NCBI GenBank assembly: GCA_963809485.1
Contig: CAWEJX010000007.1
Span: 416,001 to 480,000 of the forward strand
Length of the DNA stretch: 64,000 nucleotides
Origin: an uncultured Acidobacteriota bacterium
GTDB taxonomy: Bacteria > Acidobacteriota > UBA6911
Reading direction: 5' to 3'
Positions 28,365-38,271 of the stretch are shown piece by piece; the first letter of the stretch is position 1; each line of letters opens with the position of its first letter. Made by a program: the position numbers and the translations under genes. The notes under the pieces were generated by a model. That model searched no databases and was not told the DNA's origin. It saw nothing but the letters and a program-made list of their open reading frames with translations.

Positions 28365-31300
28365 ATGATGGAAAAACTGATGGGAGCCGCGCTGGGCAAC
28401 CGCGTTCTGATACTCATACTCGTCGGATTCATCGTGGTCCTGGGCGCCCTTGCCGCCAGGACGATCGCGGTGGACGCATTCCCCGATGTGACCAATGTGC
28501 AAGTGGAGATCCTGTGCGGAGCACCAGGGTTTTCTCCGCTTGAAATAGAAAAGTTCGTCACCTACCCGGTCGAGAGCGCCATGCGGGGGTTGCCGGGCCT
28601 GGCAAAAATACGGTCCGTTACAAAATACGGCCTGTCCGTCGTGACAGTCGTTTTTGAGGACGACACCAATATCTACTTCGCCCGTCAGCTCGTGCATGAA
28701 CGGCTATCCGCCGTAGAAAAGGGTTTGCCCGCCGGAGTCAAAACGGAGATGGGGCCGGTCGCCACGGCCATGGGGGAGATCTACCAGTACACCATCGAGG
28801 GGCGGCCGCCGTCGGATGCGAGCGAAAAGGTCCGCTACCTGACAGAACTGCGCTCCATCCAGGACCGGATGGTCGCGCCCATCCTCAAGGGCGAACCCGG
28901 GATCAGCGAAGTGAACTCTTTTGGCGGCTACCTCAAGGAGTACCAGGTCGTGGCCGACCTGCAAAAGCTGCTGAAATACAAGCTGTCGATCGGCGACGTG
29001 TCCGAGGCGATCGCTGAAAACAACGAGAACGTCGGCGGCGGTTTCATCGACCGGTCTTCCGAGCAGTATATTATCCGCGGTGTCGGCCTCATCGCCTCCA
29101 CCTCCGACATCGGCAAGATCGTCATCAAGACCGTGCACGGCATTCCCATCAATGTGGGCGACGTCGCGGAGGTCAAGGTTGGATATGCGCCGCGCCAGGG
29201 CGCAGCTCTTATGAACGGCAGCGAGGAGGTTGTCGGGGGCATCGTCCTGATGCTCAAGGGGGAGAACAGCCTTGAGGTGGTTCGCCGCGTGGAAAACCGC
29301 GTACGACAGATCAATGAAGCCCGCATCCTCCCGGCCGGCCTGAAACTGCGGCCGTACTACAGCCGATCCGATATCGTGGGCGAAAGCATCCGGACGATTC
29401 TCAGGGCCCTTTTGGAAGGATCCATACTTGTTCTGATAATTCTGTATCTGCTGCTACGAAGCGTCCGGGGAGCGATCGTGGTCCTGGCCGCACTTCCCCT
29501 GGCGATCCTGCTCACCTTCATGGTGATGAAAGGCGCCGGTTTGGATGCCAACCTCATTTCGCTGGGCGGATTGGCCATCTCGATCGGGATGATCATCGAC
29601 GCCACCATCATCCAGGTGGAGAACGTGCAACGGCGCCTGGGAGAATTGAAAGATCCGTCGAAAAAAATCAGCACGGTCCTGAGTGCCGTCACGGAGGTGC
29701 GCCGCCCCAGCATTTTCGGCGAACTCATTATTGCACTCACTTTCGTCCCGATCATCACGCTGGAGGGGACGGAGGGCAAGATGTTTTCACCCCTGGCTTT
29801 CACCGTCTCGATCGCACTGTTCTCATCGCTTTTTTTGTCTGTTTTCGTTACGCCGGTTCTGTGCGGTTTGTTTTTGAAGCCGGGCGGCGAGAAGAAAAGC
29901 CGGTTGCTGGAATTCAATCGAACGCTGTACCTGCGAAGCCTGGAATGGACCATGCGCGCTCCCGCGCTTGTCGTGGTCTTTTCGCTTGCGTTGATTGCGG
30001 CCGCGGCCTTCCTGATTCCCGGTCTGGGAACCGAGTTCATACCTGTCATGGACGAGGGCGCCTTCGACATGGATTTTCAGCTCGTGCCGGGAGTGTCGCT
30101 CGACAAAGCCATGGAGATCACCCGGAGCGTTCAGAAGCGGCTCCAGGCGTTTCCCGAACTCAGAACTGTGGTTTCGCGAACAGGGCAGACCGGGCTTCCG
30201 CTGGAAGCTCGCGGAGTGGACAAAACCGCCTTTGTCGGCCTGCTGAAGCCCCGGGAAGAATGGAGCACCGCGCGGACCAGGGAAGAACTGGTCGACAGGA
30301 TGCGCGATTCCCTCGCGGATATTCCAGGGATGTCTTTCAGTTTCAGCCAGCCCATTCAATGCCGCATCGACGAGTTGGTCGCCGGAACCCGCGCGCAGGT
30401 GATTCTTAAGCTGTTCGGGGAGGATATGGACATCCTGAAAACCAAGACCGGCGAAATAGCCCGTATTCTGGCGCGGGTGCCGGGCTGCGCCGATATGAAC
30501 GTTGAAAAAGTATCCGGCCAGCCATACATCTCTATTGAAGTGGACCGCGAAAAAATAGCCCGCTATGGTTTGAACGTCCGGGAGGTGCTGACGCTGATCG
30601 AAATAGCAGTCGGGGGAAAAGCGGCGACACAGATTTATGAAGGGAACCGGGCTCTGGATCTGACGGTCCGCCTTCCGGAGGATCAGCGCGACTCGATCGA
30701 GAAGCTGGGCAACACGCTCGTCGCCACCCAGGACGGGGTCGGCGTCCCATTGAGCCAGCTGGCCACGATTTCCCTGGCCACCGGCCCTGTGCAGATCAGC
30801 CGCGAGGACGGCGCAAGGCGAATGGGCATAGAGCTGAATGTCCGCGGAAGGGACATCGGGTCGTTCGTAGCCCAGGCCCGGCAGGCTATCCGGCAGAAAA
30901 TGGATCTGCCGCCGGGTTATGCGATTGTCTGGGGAGGCCAGTTCGAAAACCAGCAGCGAGCCATGCGCCGATTGATGATCATTACGCCCTTGGTGGTTCT
31001 CCTGATTTTGCTGCTTCTGTTTTTGACTTTCCAATCAGCCCGGCTGTCGTTCCTGGTTTTCCTCAACCTTCCCTTCGCGCTCATGGGCGGCATTTTCGCC
31101 CTGTGGATTATGGGGATGTATCTGTCGGTCCCCGCTTCGGTGGGATTCATAGCGCTGTTCGGAGTCGCGGTACTGAACGGATTGGTCCTGGTGTCGTGCA
31201 TTCAGCAGCTGCAGGCGGAGGGGCTGAGTGTTTCCGAGGCAGTGCGCGGCGCGTGCGGCTTGAGGATCCGGCCGATCCTGATTACGGCCTCCATCACCGT

Positions 31301-31496
31301 TTTCAGCCTTATGCCCATGATCTTTGCCACGGGGCCCGGATCGGAGGTGCAGCGGCCACTGGCGGTGGTCGTCGTGGGTGGATTGTTCACGTCCACCCTG
31401 GCGACGCTTCAAGTATTGCCCAGCCTGTACCGGTGGTTCGATCCGCAAAAGCAAATGATGGACGATAATCAGCCCCAGCTGAGGCTTCAGAGTTAA
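28365..31496 (+). CDS. czcA: CusA/CzcA heavy-metal RND efflux pump
   Basis: DAFPDVTNVQV, ANLISLGGLAI, FSFSQPI, GSEVQRPLAVVVVGG; 1043 aa. Confidence 0.93.
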   Translation: MMEKLMGAALGNRVLILILVGFIVVLGALAARTIAVDAFPDVTNVQVEILCGAPGFSPLEIEKFVTYPVESAMRGLPGLAKIRSVTKYGLSVVTVVFEDDTNIYFARQLVHERLSAVEKGLPAGVKTEMGPVATAMGEIYQYTIEGRPPSDASEKVRYLTELRSIQDRMVAPILKGEPGISEVNSFGGYLKEYQVVADLQKLLKYKLSIGDVSEAIAENNENVGGGFIDRSSEQYIIRGVGLIASTSDIGKIVIKTVHGIPINVGDVAEVKVGYAPRQGAALMNGSEEVVGGIVLMLKGENSLEVVRRVENRVRQINEARILPAGLKLRPYYSRSDIVGESIRTILRALLEGSILVLIILYLLLRSVRGAIVVLAALPLAILLTFMVMKGAGLDANLISLGGLAISIGMIIDATIIQVENVQRRLGELKDPSKKISTVLSAVTEVRRPSIFGELIIALTFVPIITLEGTEGKMFSPLAFTVSIALFSSLFLSVFVTPVLCGLFLKPGGEKKSRLLEFNRTLYLRSLEWTMRAPALVVVFSLALIAAAAFLIPGLGTEFIPVMDEGAFDMDFQLVPGVSLDKAMEITRSVQKRLQAFPELRTVVSRTGQTGLPLEARGVDKTAFVGLLKPREEWSTARTREELVDRMRDSLADIPGMSFSFSQPIQCRIDELVAGTRAQVILKLFGEDMDILKTKTGEIARILARVPGCADMNVEKVSGQPYISIEVDREKIARYGLNVREVLTLIEIAVGGKAATQIYEGNRALDLTVRLPEDQRDSIEKLGNTLVATQDGVGVPLSQLATISLATGPVQISREDGARRMGIELNVRGRDIGSFVAQARQAIRQKMDLPPGYAIVWGGQFENQQRAMRRLMIITPLVVLLILLLLFLTFQSARLSFLVFLNLPFALMGGIFALWIMGMYLSVPASVGFIALFGVAVLNGLVLVSCIQQLQAEGLSVSEAVRGACGLRIRPILITASITVFSLMPMIFATGPGSEVQRPLAVVVVGGLFTSTLATLQVLPSLYRWFDPQKQMMDDNQPQLRLQS

Positions 31497-31563
31497 GAAA
31501 CAAAAACCGGCAGCCTTTTCAGGCTTCCGACAAAGGAGTGCCGCCAATCGCCAGGTATTTTTA

Positions 31564-31591
31564 AATTCGTCAATCGTAATTCGTAATTCGT
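31564..31591. repeat. 4x AATTCGT-type heptamer array
   Basis: AATTCGT CAATCGT AATTCGT AATTCGT; same unit as the ends of the elements at 610 and 2015. Confidence 0.75.
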
Positions 31592-31639
31592 TAATTGGAT
31601 GATGGCTTTCTCCCCGGAAACAGAATCCTTTGCTTCTCT

Positions 31640-31855
31640 TTATCGTTTCCCTCTGAGAATGGATTGCAGTCCCTTGCGGTACTGGGTGAAGGATTTGCGT
31701 CCTGCGGGCGTGAGCTTCAGGAGCGTCTGCGGCACTTTCCCGCGGTAGGTTTTGATGATTTCGACATATCCTGCTTCCTCCAGGCGGGACAGGTGACTGG
31801 AAAGCGTGCCTTTGTTCATCCCGGTCTCATGCTGCAGATAGAGGAAGTCCGTCAC
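31640..31855 (-). pseudogene. N-terminally truncated winged-helix transcriptional regulator (HTH_34/ArsR-like)
   Basis: DFLYLQHETGMNKGTLSSHLSRLEEAGYVEIIKTYRGKVPQTLLKLTPAGR. The usual first helices are missing. GTG overlaps the chlD stop codon. Confidence 0.65.
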
Positions 31856-33876
31856 TCCGGCTCGCCGCGGTCCAAAACCGCCTTCAGGATGGACGGAGCC
31901 GAGAGATCGCTCAAGGGGACGTAGGCGGCCCGCATCCGGCCTGCAAGGCGCCGCATCTCGTCCCTGCCCTTTTCCCCGCCCGCAGCATCGATGAAGATCG
32001 CGTCTATCCGGTCGCCTGCGATCTTTTCCGCCAGCAGCGAAACCTCTTCCAGCGGGTCGGCTCCGGGGGAGATTGGCACGTTGGCCTCGCCGTCGGAGAT
32101 AATGACGAGGACGGGACGTACGCCTGCATTTTTCAACCGCTCGGAGCGTATGAGCTGCCAGGCCCGGGACAATCCGTCGGCGAAAGGGGTCCCTCCGCCC
32201 GACGGCATGCTCTCGAGGGCCGACTGGGCGACTGCCACGCTCGAAGTGGGCGGCAGGAGCACCGATGCGCACTGGCCACCGAACGCGATCAGCGCAACCT
32301 CGCTTCTTTCCTTCTTCGCGTTGCGCAGCATTGCCAGGGCCGCTCCTTTGGCGGCTTTCATCCGGACCTGGGGTCCGGAGCCCATGGAGCCCGAGGAGTC
32401 CACAACGAACATAATCAGGTTGTCACGCGGTTTTGCGCGCCGCTTTTTCCGGAAATCTTCCTCTTTTACGCCGGATTTTCCTTCCTGGCCGCCGCCTTCG
32501 AGGCCCGACCGGAGGGCTGCCTGGCGCAGGGTGGCATCAATGGCAAGGCTGAAATCGCGGTCGCCGGCCTGGATGCGTTCGGCCCTCAGGTAGCGGCCGC
32601 CGCCACCGATTGTCGCGCTTCTTCTTGTCTTCTTCCCGTGTTCTCCCTGGGACAGCAGAGTGTCGATAATTTCGGCTGTGCCTCCATACTCCCTGTCCGG
32701 TTGGTGTACCGTCTCGGCATGTTTTTTGCCGAGAAAGGAAAACAAAACGCTTCCCGCGGCCATGGAACCGGGGACCTGCATGCTTTCGGCCATGTCCTCG
32801 AGGCTGATTTCTCCCGTCCGCGCGGCATCCGGCTTCATGTCCGCGCGTGATCCGAAAGCGCTTCTGCATGCATCCTCAATTTTCCGGCGCAGTGTCTCCG
32901 GCGCATCCAGAGAAAAGGATTTCATCCGATGCCGGACTGCAAGCTGCACAGACTCTGATATATCCGGAACGTCGATCCTGCTTTTTTCCATCAGGGCTGC
33001 ATGAGCGCGCGCAGCTTTGAGGATGGTGATGTCGGCGCGGTGGCCCTGAAGCTGGAGTTCGCGCGTCAACCAGACAATGGCCGTCATCAATTCATCGGGT
33101 ACGGTTACTTCGTTCAAATGCCCGCGTGCATAGGCGATCTGATCCGAAATGGTCCGGTCCGCGGATGCCCAAGTGCCGAAAAAACTCTCAGGATGGCTCT
33201 CGAAAGCCAGACGCCGCTGCACAATCGCCTTCCTCGACGCGAGATCCAGTACGCTTTCCACCGTTACAGAAAGGCCGAAACGGTCCAGAAATTGAGGCCG
33301 GAGCTCCCCTTCCTCGGGATTCATGGTGCCGATCAGAATGAAACGGGCAGGATGGACAAATGAGATGCCTTCCCGCTCCACCGTGTTGACTCCCGAGGCT
33401 GCCGCGTCCAGAAGCATATCCACCAGATGATCGGCAAGGAGGTTCACCTCATCCACGTATAGGATCCCCCGGTTGGCCCGGGCGAGCAGTCCGGGCTCGA
33501 AACGGCGCTCTCCAGCCTGCAGCGCCTTCTCGATATGGAGGCTGCCGACCAGCCTGTCCTCCGTCGCATTGAGAGGGAGTTCGACAAATGGCATGGGCCG
33601 CAGGACCGCGTGACCGGGCGTTTCCGCTCCGCCCGTAAACTCCCTATCCGCAACACTTATGGATTCGCTTGGATCCGAATTAAACGGACTGTCCTCCCAG
33701 ACTTCAAGCGAAGGCAGGAGCTGGGCGAGGGCCCGCGCCGCCGTTGATTTGCCGGTCCCCTTGTGTCCGCGTATCAGCAATCCCCCGATCGACGGGTCTA
33801 CCGCGTTCAGAAGGAGCGACATCTTCAACGCCTCCTGATCCACAATGGCCGAAAATGGGTACTGGTATCGCTTCAT
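31852..33876 (-). CDS. ChlD/BchD-type chelatase subunit (AAA+ plus C-terminal vWA)
   Basis: [55 protein letters not shown]; vWA MIDAS DSSGSM, GGTP, ISDG. Confidence 0.9.
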   Translation of the reverse strand: MKRYQYPFSAIVDQEALKMSLLLNAVDPSIGGLLIRGHKGTGKSTAARALAQLLPSLEVWEDSPFNSDPSESISVADREFTGGAETPGHAVLRPMPFVELPLNATEDRLVGSLHIEKALQAGERRFEPGLLARANRGILYVDEVNLLADHLVDMLLDAAASGVNTVEREGISFVHPARFILIGTMNPEEGELRPQFLDRFGLSVTVESVLDLASRKAIVQRRLAFESHPESFFGTWASADRTISDQIAYARGHLNEVTVPDELMTAIVWLTRELQLQGHRADITILKAARAHAALMEKSRIDVPDISESVQLAVRHRMKSFSLDAPETLRRKIEDACRSAFGSRADMKPDAARTGEISLEDMAESMQVPGSMAAGSVLFSFLGKKHAETVHQPDREYGGTAEIIDTLLSQGEHGKKTRRSATIGGGGRYLRAERIQAGDRDFSLAIDATLRQAALRSGLEGGGQEGKSGVKEEDFRKKRRAKPRDNLIMFVVDSSGSMGSGPQVRMKAAKGAALAMLRNAKKERSEVALIAFGGQCASVLLPPTSSVAVAQSALESMPSGGGTPFADGLSRAWQLIRSERLKNAGVRPVLVIISDGEANVPISPGADPLEEVSLLAEKIAGDRIDAIFIDAAGGEKGRDEMRRLAGRMRAAYVPLSDLSAPSILKAVLDRGEPE

Positions 33877-34019
33877 GACCGTCTCCCGCATCCTGCAAAG
33901 CGAAGATATCCCCGGCCGTCCCCGGGATCAAAGAAAAATCATCCGGGAGTTCCCCAAAATATAGCCGCTTTTTACGGCCGCACCCCATTTTGAAGAGGCG
34001 CGTTTCATCGGTGAATCCC

Positions 34020-34048
34020 TTGACATTGCGGGGCTAAAAGGCTATAAA
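34020..34048 (+). promoter_or_regulatory. sigma70 promoter of the rpsA operon
   Basis: TTGACA-17 bp-TATAAA. Confidence 0.75.
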
Positions 34049-34228
34049 TTCAGGTTTATATCTCTCGTGAATATAGGGATGTGGACCTTTGCTTTTGCCT
34101 CACCGAATCAGTCAAAAGAACGCGGATAGTTCTCTCCCTTTTTTATACCCATACGCAATCATAGTTTCGAAAATAATGCGATCCTTGGCCCGCCTCCGGC
34201 GGGCCCGGATCTAATTCAGGAGGAATGC

Positions 34229-36025
34229 ATGTCAGTGGATGCAAACGAAACAAACCCCGCAACCGGTAAATCCGTTCAGCCGGATGCCGTTTCCGGCCAG
34301 GAAAATGTCCCGGCTGCCGGCGCCCAGCCCAGGGAGGACGAAAACAATTTCGAGAATCTCCTTGCGGCGTACGAAGGCAGAACCCAGAGCTTCTCGGAGG
34401 GCGAGGTGATCCGGGGCAGAGTCATCGCCATTCAAGCAAACGGCGTCATTGTCGACGTCGGCTTCAAATCCGAGGGAATCATCCCGGTCGAGCAGTTCAT
34501 GAACGACCGCGGCCAGATCACCATCAAGGAAGGCGACTCTATCGATGTCTTCCTCGAGCAAACGGAAGACGCCAACGGCTATGTCGTCCTGTCCAGGGAA
34601 AAGGCCGAGCGGATGAAGATCTGGGACGAGATTGAGCGCGCTTACAGAGAAGGCACGGTCGTCAAGGGCCGCGTCATCGAGCGCATCAAGGGCGGTCTGG
34701 CAGTGGATATCGGCGTGCGAGCGTTCCTGCCCGGATCCCAGATTGACGTCCGCCCCGTGCGCAATCTCGACAGCCTGCGCGGTGAAGAATTTGAGATGCG
34801 CGTCATCAAGGTGAACAAAAAGCGCGGCAACATCGTTCTGTCCCGCAAGGCGGTGCTCGAGGAATCGATGAAAGAGGAAAAGGCCAAGACCATGGAGGTC
34901 CTCGAGGGCGGCAAGGTCATGGAAGGCATCGTCAAGAACATCACCGACTACGGCGCTTTCATTGACCTGGGCGGAGTGGACGGCCTGCTGCATATAACGG
35001 ATATGTCGTGGGGCCGGGTGAACCATCCCTCCGAGCTCTTCTCCGTCGGCGATAAACTCACGGTCAAAGTCATCAAGTTCACCAAGGAAGACGGCCGCGT
35101 TTCCCTCGGCTACAAGCAGATGACGGAAGATCCGTGGCTTCATGCCGACATGCGCTACCCCAAGAATATGCGGGTCCAGGGAAAGGTTGTCAGCCTGACG
35201 GACTACGGCGCATTCGTGGAACTGGAGCCCGGGGTGGAGGGATTGATCCACATTTCCGAAATGACCTGGAACAAGAGGGTGAAACACCCGTCGAAAATTC
35301 TTAACGTCGGTGATACAGTCGAGGCCGTCGTCCTGGACATTGACGTGGAATCCCGGCGCATCTCCCTCGGACTGAAACAGACCGAACCGAATCCGTGGGA
35401 CGTCATCGAGACGCGGTATGCCCCCGGAACCGTCATAACGGGCAAGGTGCGGAACATCACGGATTTCGGCGCCTTTGTCGAGGTGGAAGAGGGCATCGAC
35501 GGACTGGTGCACGTCTCGGATATCTCCTGGACGAAACGCATGAAGCATCCGTCGGAAGTGCTGAAGAAAGGCGACGAGGTGCAAGCGGTCATACTGAGCA
35601 TCGACGCCGCCAACCAAAAACTCTCGCTCGGCATCAAACAGCTGGAGCCGGACCGCTGGGAGGACTGGTTCAGCCGTCATAACCTGGGCGATCCCGTCCG
35701 CGGCAAGGTGGTGCGCATGACAAACTTCGGCGCCTTCGTCGAGCTGGAAGAAGGAATCGAGGGCCTGTGCCACGTCTCGGAACTCGATGAAAAGCATGTG
35801 GAGAAGCCGACGGAGTTTCTCAACATCGGCCAGGAAATCGAGATGAGGGTCATCAAGCTGAACCTTCAGGAAAAAAAGATCGGCCTGAGCCTGAAGGCGA
35901 TGAAAGAGGATGAGCCCAGGCTCGAATTCACATCGTACCTGGCTTCCGCCGATTCGGGGAATGCCTCAATGGGCGAGCGCCTGGGGGACCAGCTTCAGCG
36001 CTTCAAGAAAACCGAAAGCGAATAG
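34229..36025 (+). CDS. rpsA: 30S ribosomal protein S1
   Basis: Six S1 repeats (VDVGFKSEG, AFLPGSQID, TDYGAFIDLGGVDGLLHITDMSW...); AGGAGG RBS. Confidence 0.98.
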   Translation: MSVDANETNPATGKSVQPDAVSGQENVPAAGAQPREDENNFENLLAAYEGRTQSFSEGEVIRGRVIAIQANGVIVDVGFKSEGIIPVEQFMNDRGQITIKEGDSIDVFLEQTEDANGYVVLSREKAERMKIWDEIERAYREGTVVKGRVIERIKGGLAVDIGVRAFLPGSQIDVRPVRNLDSLRGEEFEMRVIKVNKKRGNIVLSRKAVLEESMKEEKAKTMEVLEGGKVMEGIVKNITDYGAFIDLGGVDGLLHITDMSWGRVNHPSELFSVGDKLTVKVIKFTKEDGRVSLGYKQMTEDPWLHADMRYPKNMRVQGKVVSLTDYGAFVELEPGVEGLIHISEMTWNKRVKHPSKILNVGDTVEAVVLDIDVESRRISLGLKQTEPNPWDVIETRYAPGTVITGKVRNITDFGAFVEVEEGIDGLVHVSDISWTKRMKHPSEVLKKGDEVQAVILSIDAANQKLSLGIKQLEPDRWEDWFSRHNLGDPVRGKVVRMTNFGAFVELEEGIEGLCHVSELDEKHVEKPTEFLNIGQEIEMRVIKLNLQEKKIGLSLKAMKEDEPRLEFTSYLASADSGNASMGERLGDQLQRFKKTESE

Positions 36026-36053
36026 CTGGCCGCCGTAGCTCGCGGAATCAGAG

Positions 36054-36959
36054 ATGGCACAGAAACGAACCAGTTTGCTGCTTGTTCTAATCCTGGGCGG
36101 GGGAGCCTTCATCTTCTTCATCCTTTGTCTCCTGGTTTTGGCGGCCCAATTTTCCGGTGAAGGCTCCCCCGGCCTCTTCCTCTCCGGCGGACAGATAGCA
36201 TCCCTCGACCTCGAAGGTGTCATCTCCGACTCGAAGGGTTTCGTGGACGAGCTCAGGGATTTCGGCAACCGGCCCAATGTCCGCTCCGTCGTCGTCCGCA
36301 TTGACAGCCCCGGCGGCGGGGTGGCGGCATCGCAGGAAATATTTGAAGCTATAAGAAAATTCCGCGCCGAGACGAAAAAGAAAGTAGTGGTAAGCATGGC
36401 CTCCGTGGCCGCCTCGGGCGGGTATTACGTTGCCTGCGGCGCGGACAGGATTTTTGCCAACCCGGGAACCATCACGGGAAGCATCGGCGTCATCGCGGAA
36501 TGGTACAACTACGGAGACCTGTTGCGGTGGGCAAAGATGGAAGACGTGGTCATTAAGAGCGGGATTTTCAAGGACGCCGGCTCCGCCACCCGGCCGCTCA
36601 CGGCCGAGGAGCGGGCCTATTTTCAGTCTCTCCTCGACAACATGCACGCCCAGTTCGTTTCCACCGTCGCAAAAAGCCGCAATATGAACGAAGAGGCCGT
36701 GCGCAGGCTGGCCGACGGCCGCGTCTACACGGGCCAGCAGGCCAAGAACGACGGCCTTGTGGACGAGATTGGGACCTATCAGGACGCGGTCGCGGCGGCG
36801 GCCAAAATGGCCGGTATTTCGGGTACGCCCAGGATCGTGAGACCTTCGAAGAAAAGCATTTCTATTCTCGACCTCGTACTCGGGGAATCCCGATCCGTAC
36901 TGCCCATGAGGCGGGACCGTTCGGAATCCCATATACGGTTTGAATACCTCTGGAGATAG
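36054..36959 (+). CDS. sppA: signal peptide peptidase SppA (36K type)
   Basis: RIDSPGG, AASGGYYVA, TITGSIGV, DGRVYTG. Confidence 0.95.
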   Translation: MAQKRTSLLLVLILGGGAFIFFILCLLVLAAQFSGEGSPGLFLSGGQIASLDLEGVISDSKGFVDELRDFGNRPNVRSVVVRIDSPGGGVAASQEIFEAIRKFRAETKKKVVVSMASVAASGGYYVACGADRIFANPGTITGSIGVIAEWYNYGDLLRWAKMEDVVIKSGIFKDAGSATRPLTAEERAYFQSLLDNMHAQFVSTVAKSRNMNEEAVRRLADGRVYTGQQAKNDGLVDEIGTYQDAVAAAAKMAGISGTPRIVRPSKKSISILDLVLGESRSVLPMRRDRSESHIRFEYLWR

Positions 36960-36965
36960 CAAGCC

Positions 36966-37241
36966 ATGACAAAAGCTGAATTAGTGGAAGAAGTCGCCAA
37001 TGAGTCGGAATTGACCAAAAAGGACGCGGAAGTCATCGTTCAGACCGTGCTGGACAGCATCACCGAGTCGCTCCAGCGCGGCGAAAAGATCGAATTGCGG
37101 GGATTCGGCTCCTTCCGGATCCGCAACCGCTCATCCCGTCAGGGCCGAAATCCCAAAACGGGATCGGGCGTCAGCGTTCCGGCCAAGAAGGTCCCGTATT
37201 TCAAGCCAGGCAAAGAAATTAAGGATCTCGTCAACCTGTAA
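36966..37241 (+). CDS. ihfB: integration host factor beta / HU-family protein
   Basis: MTKAEL, IELRGFGSF, GRNPKTG, VPYFKPGKE; rpsA-sppA-ihfB synteny. Confidence 0.88.
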   Translation: MTKAELVEEVANESELTKKDAEVIVQTVLDSITESLQRGEKIELRGFGSFRIRNRSSRQGRNPKTGSGVSVPAKKVPYFKPGKEIKDLVNL

Positions 37242-37726
37242 TGGACCGTCTCTGGACCCCCTGGCGCTTCGAATATCTCCGAAAGGCCGATCAGGAGCCT
37301 TCGTGTGTTTTCTGCGGGATCGTGCAGCAGGTTGAGGATCCCGCAAACTTCGTGCTTTTCCGCGGCCGCAATACGTTTATCCTCCTGAACCTTTATCCGT
37401 ACACCTCCGGCCATCTGCTCGTCGTGGCCAACCGCCATATCGCCTCCCTGAGCGATGCGCAGCCCGAGGAACTGCATGAAATGCTTGCCCTGGCCCGGCA
37501 GTGCGAGTACGCCCTGCGCCAGGAATATCACCCCGACGGCTACAATATGGGGTTCAATCTCGGCCGGGCGGCCGGTGCGGGAGTGGAGCACCACCTGCAC
37601 ATGCACATCCTTCCCCGGTGGATTGGAGATTCGAATTTTGTTTCCGTTGTCGGTGAAACCCGCGTCCTGCCTGAGGAATTGCCCACCACCTATCAACGAT
37701 TAAAACCCTACTTCAGGGATTTCTGA
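37241..37726 (+). CDS. HIT-family hydrolase (Ap4A phosphorylase-like)
   Basis: LWTPWR, CVFC, LNLYPYTSGHL, HLHMHILPRW. Confidence 0.92.
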   Translation: MDRLWTPWRFEYLRKADQEPSCVFCGIVQQVEDPANFVLFRGRNTFILLNLYPYTSGHLLVVANRHIASLSDAQPEELHEMLALARQCEYALRQEYHPDGYNMGFNLGRAAGAGVEHHLHMHILPRWIGDSNFVSVVGETRVLPEELPTTYQRLKPYFRDF

Positions 37727-38189
37727 TGCGCTTTTCCGCGAATTTAAAGCGATTGGGGCGCCGCCCGGCCGCCGTTCCAACGCACTACTAATGAGTTAGT
37801 TTTATGTTGGTCCGGTCTGGGCTTCGGGGCACGCTCTTGGGTGTTGGCTATTTCGCTTTCCGGCGGGCTTTGCGGATAAATTTTTATCAAATATCCTATT
37901 ACAATCGCGATAGGAGTTTTTATATTTTACCATTCTTTTATTTCCCTTTATTCTTGGGCGTTTGCCTGCGCTACCGGTCGTCAAACCCGCGTCATTACTG
38001 GAAATTTTCGTCATTCAACAAAATAACGCATTTGTTATTTTTTAGTTGAATGTTTGAAACTCCGTGTGCTAACTTTCCGCCGCGTTGTTAAAAAAATACT
38101 TAACGCGGGGGCACGCGAAATCCTGACATTCGGAATTTCAGGGGGCAGCAAAGAGGGTTCTGGAACGGCTGCTCAGGCGCGTCGTCTCG

Positions 38190-38220
38190 TTTTCCACAGT
38201 TGTGGAAAGGCTGTGGAAAA
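38190..38220. promoter_or_regulatory. three DnaA boxes upstream of dnaA (oriC part 1 / autoregulation)
   Basis: TTTTCCACA (38190), TGTGGAAAG (38201), TGTGGAAAA (38212), after an AT-rich intergenic region. Confidence 0.8.
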
Positions 38221-38271
38221 CTCCGGGATATGCAATCATAAATCTTTCCTGTTACCGCCGGGTAAGGATCC

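Noticed and set aside
33880-34020. Cobalamin riboswitch upstream of the chelatase gene (also checked upstream of the corrinoid gene)
   Set aside because: No B12-box or conserved GGGAA/GCCACTG core recognisable by eye.
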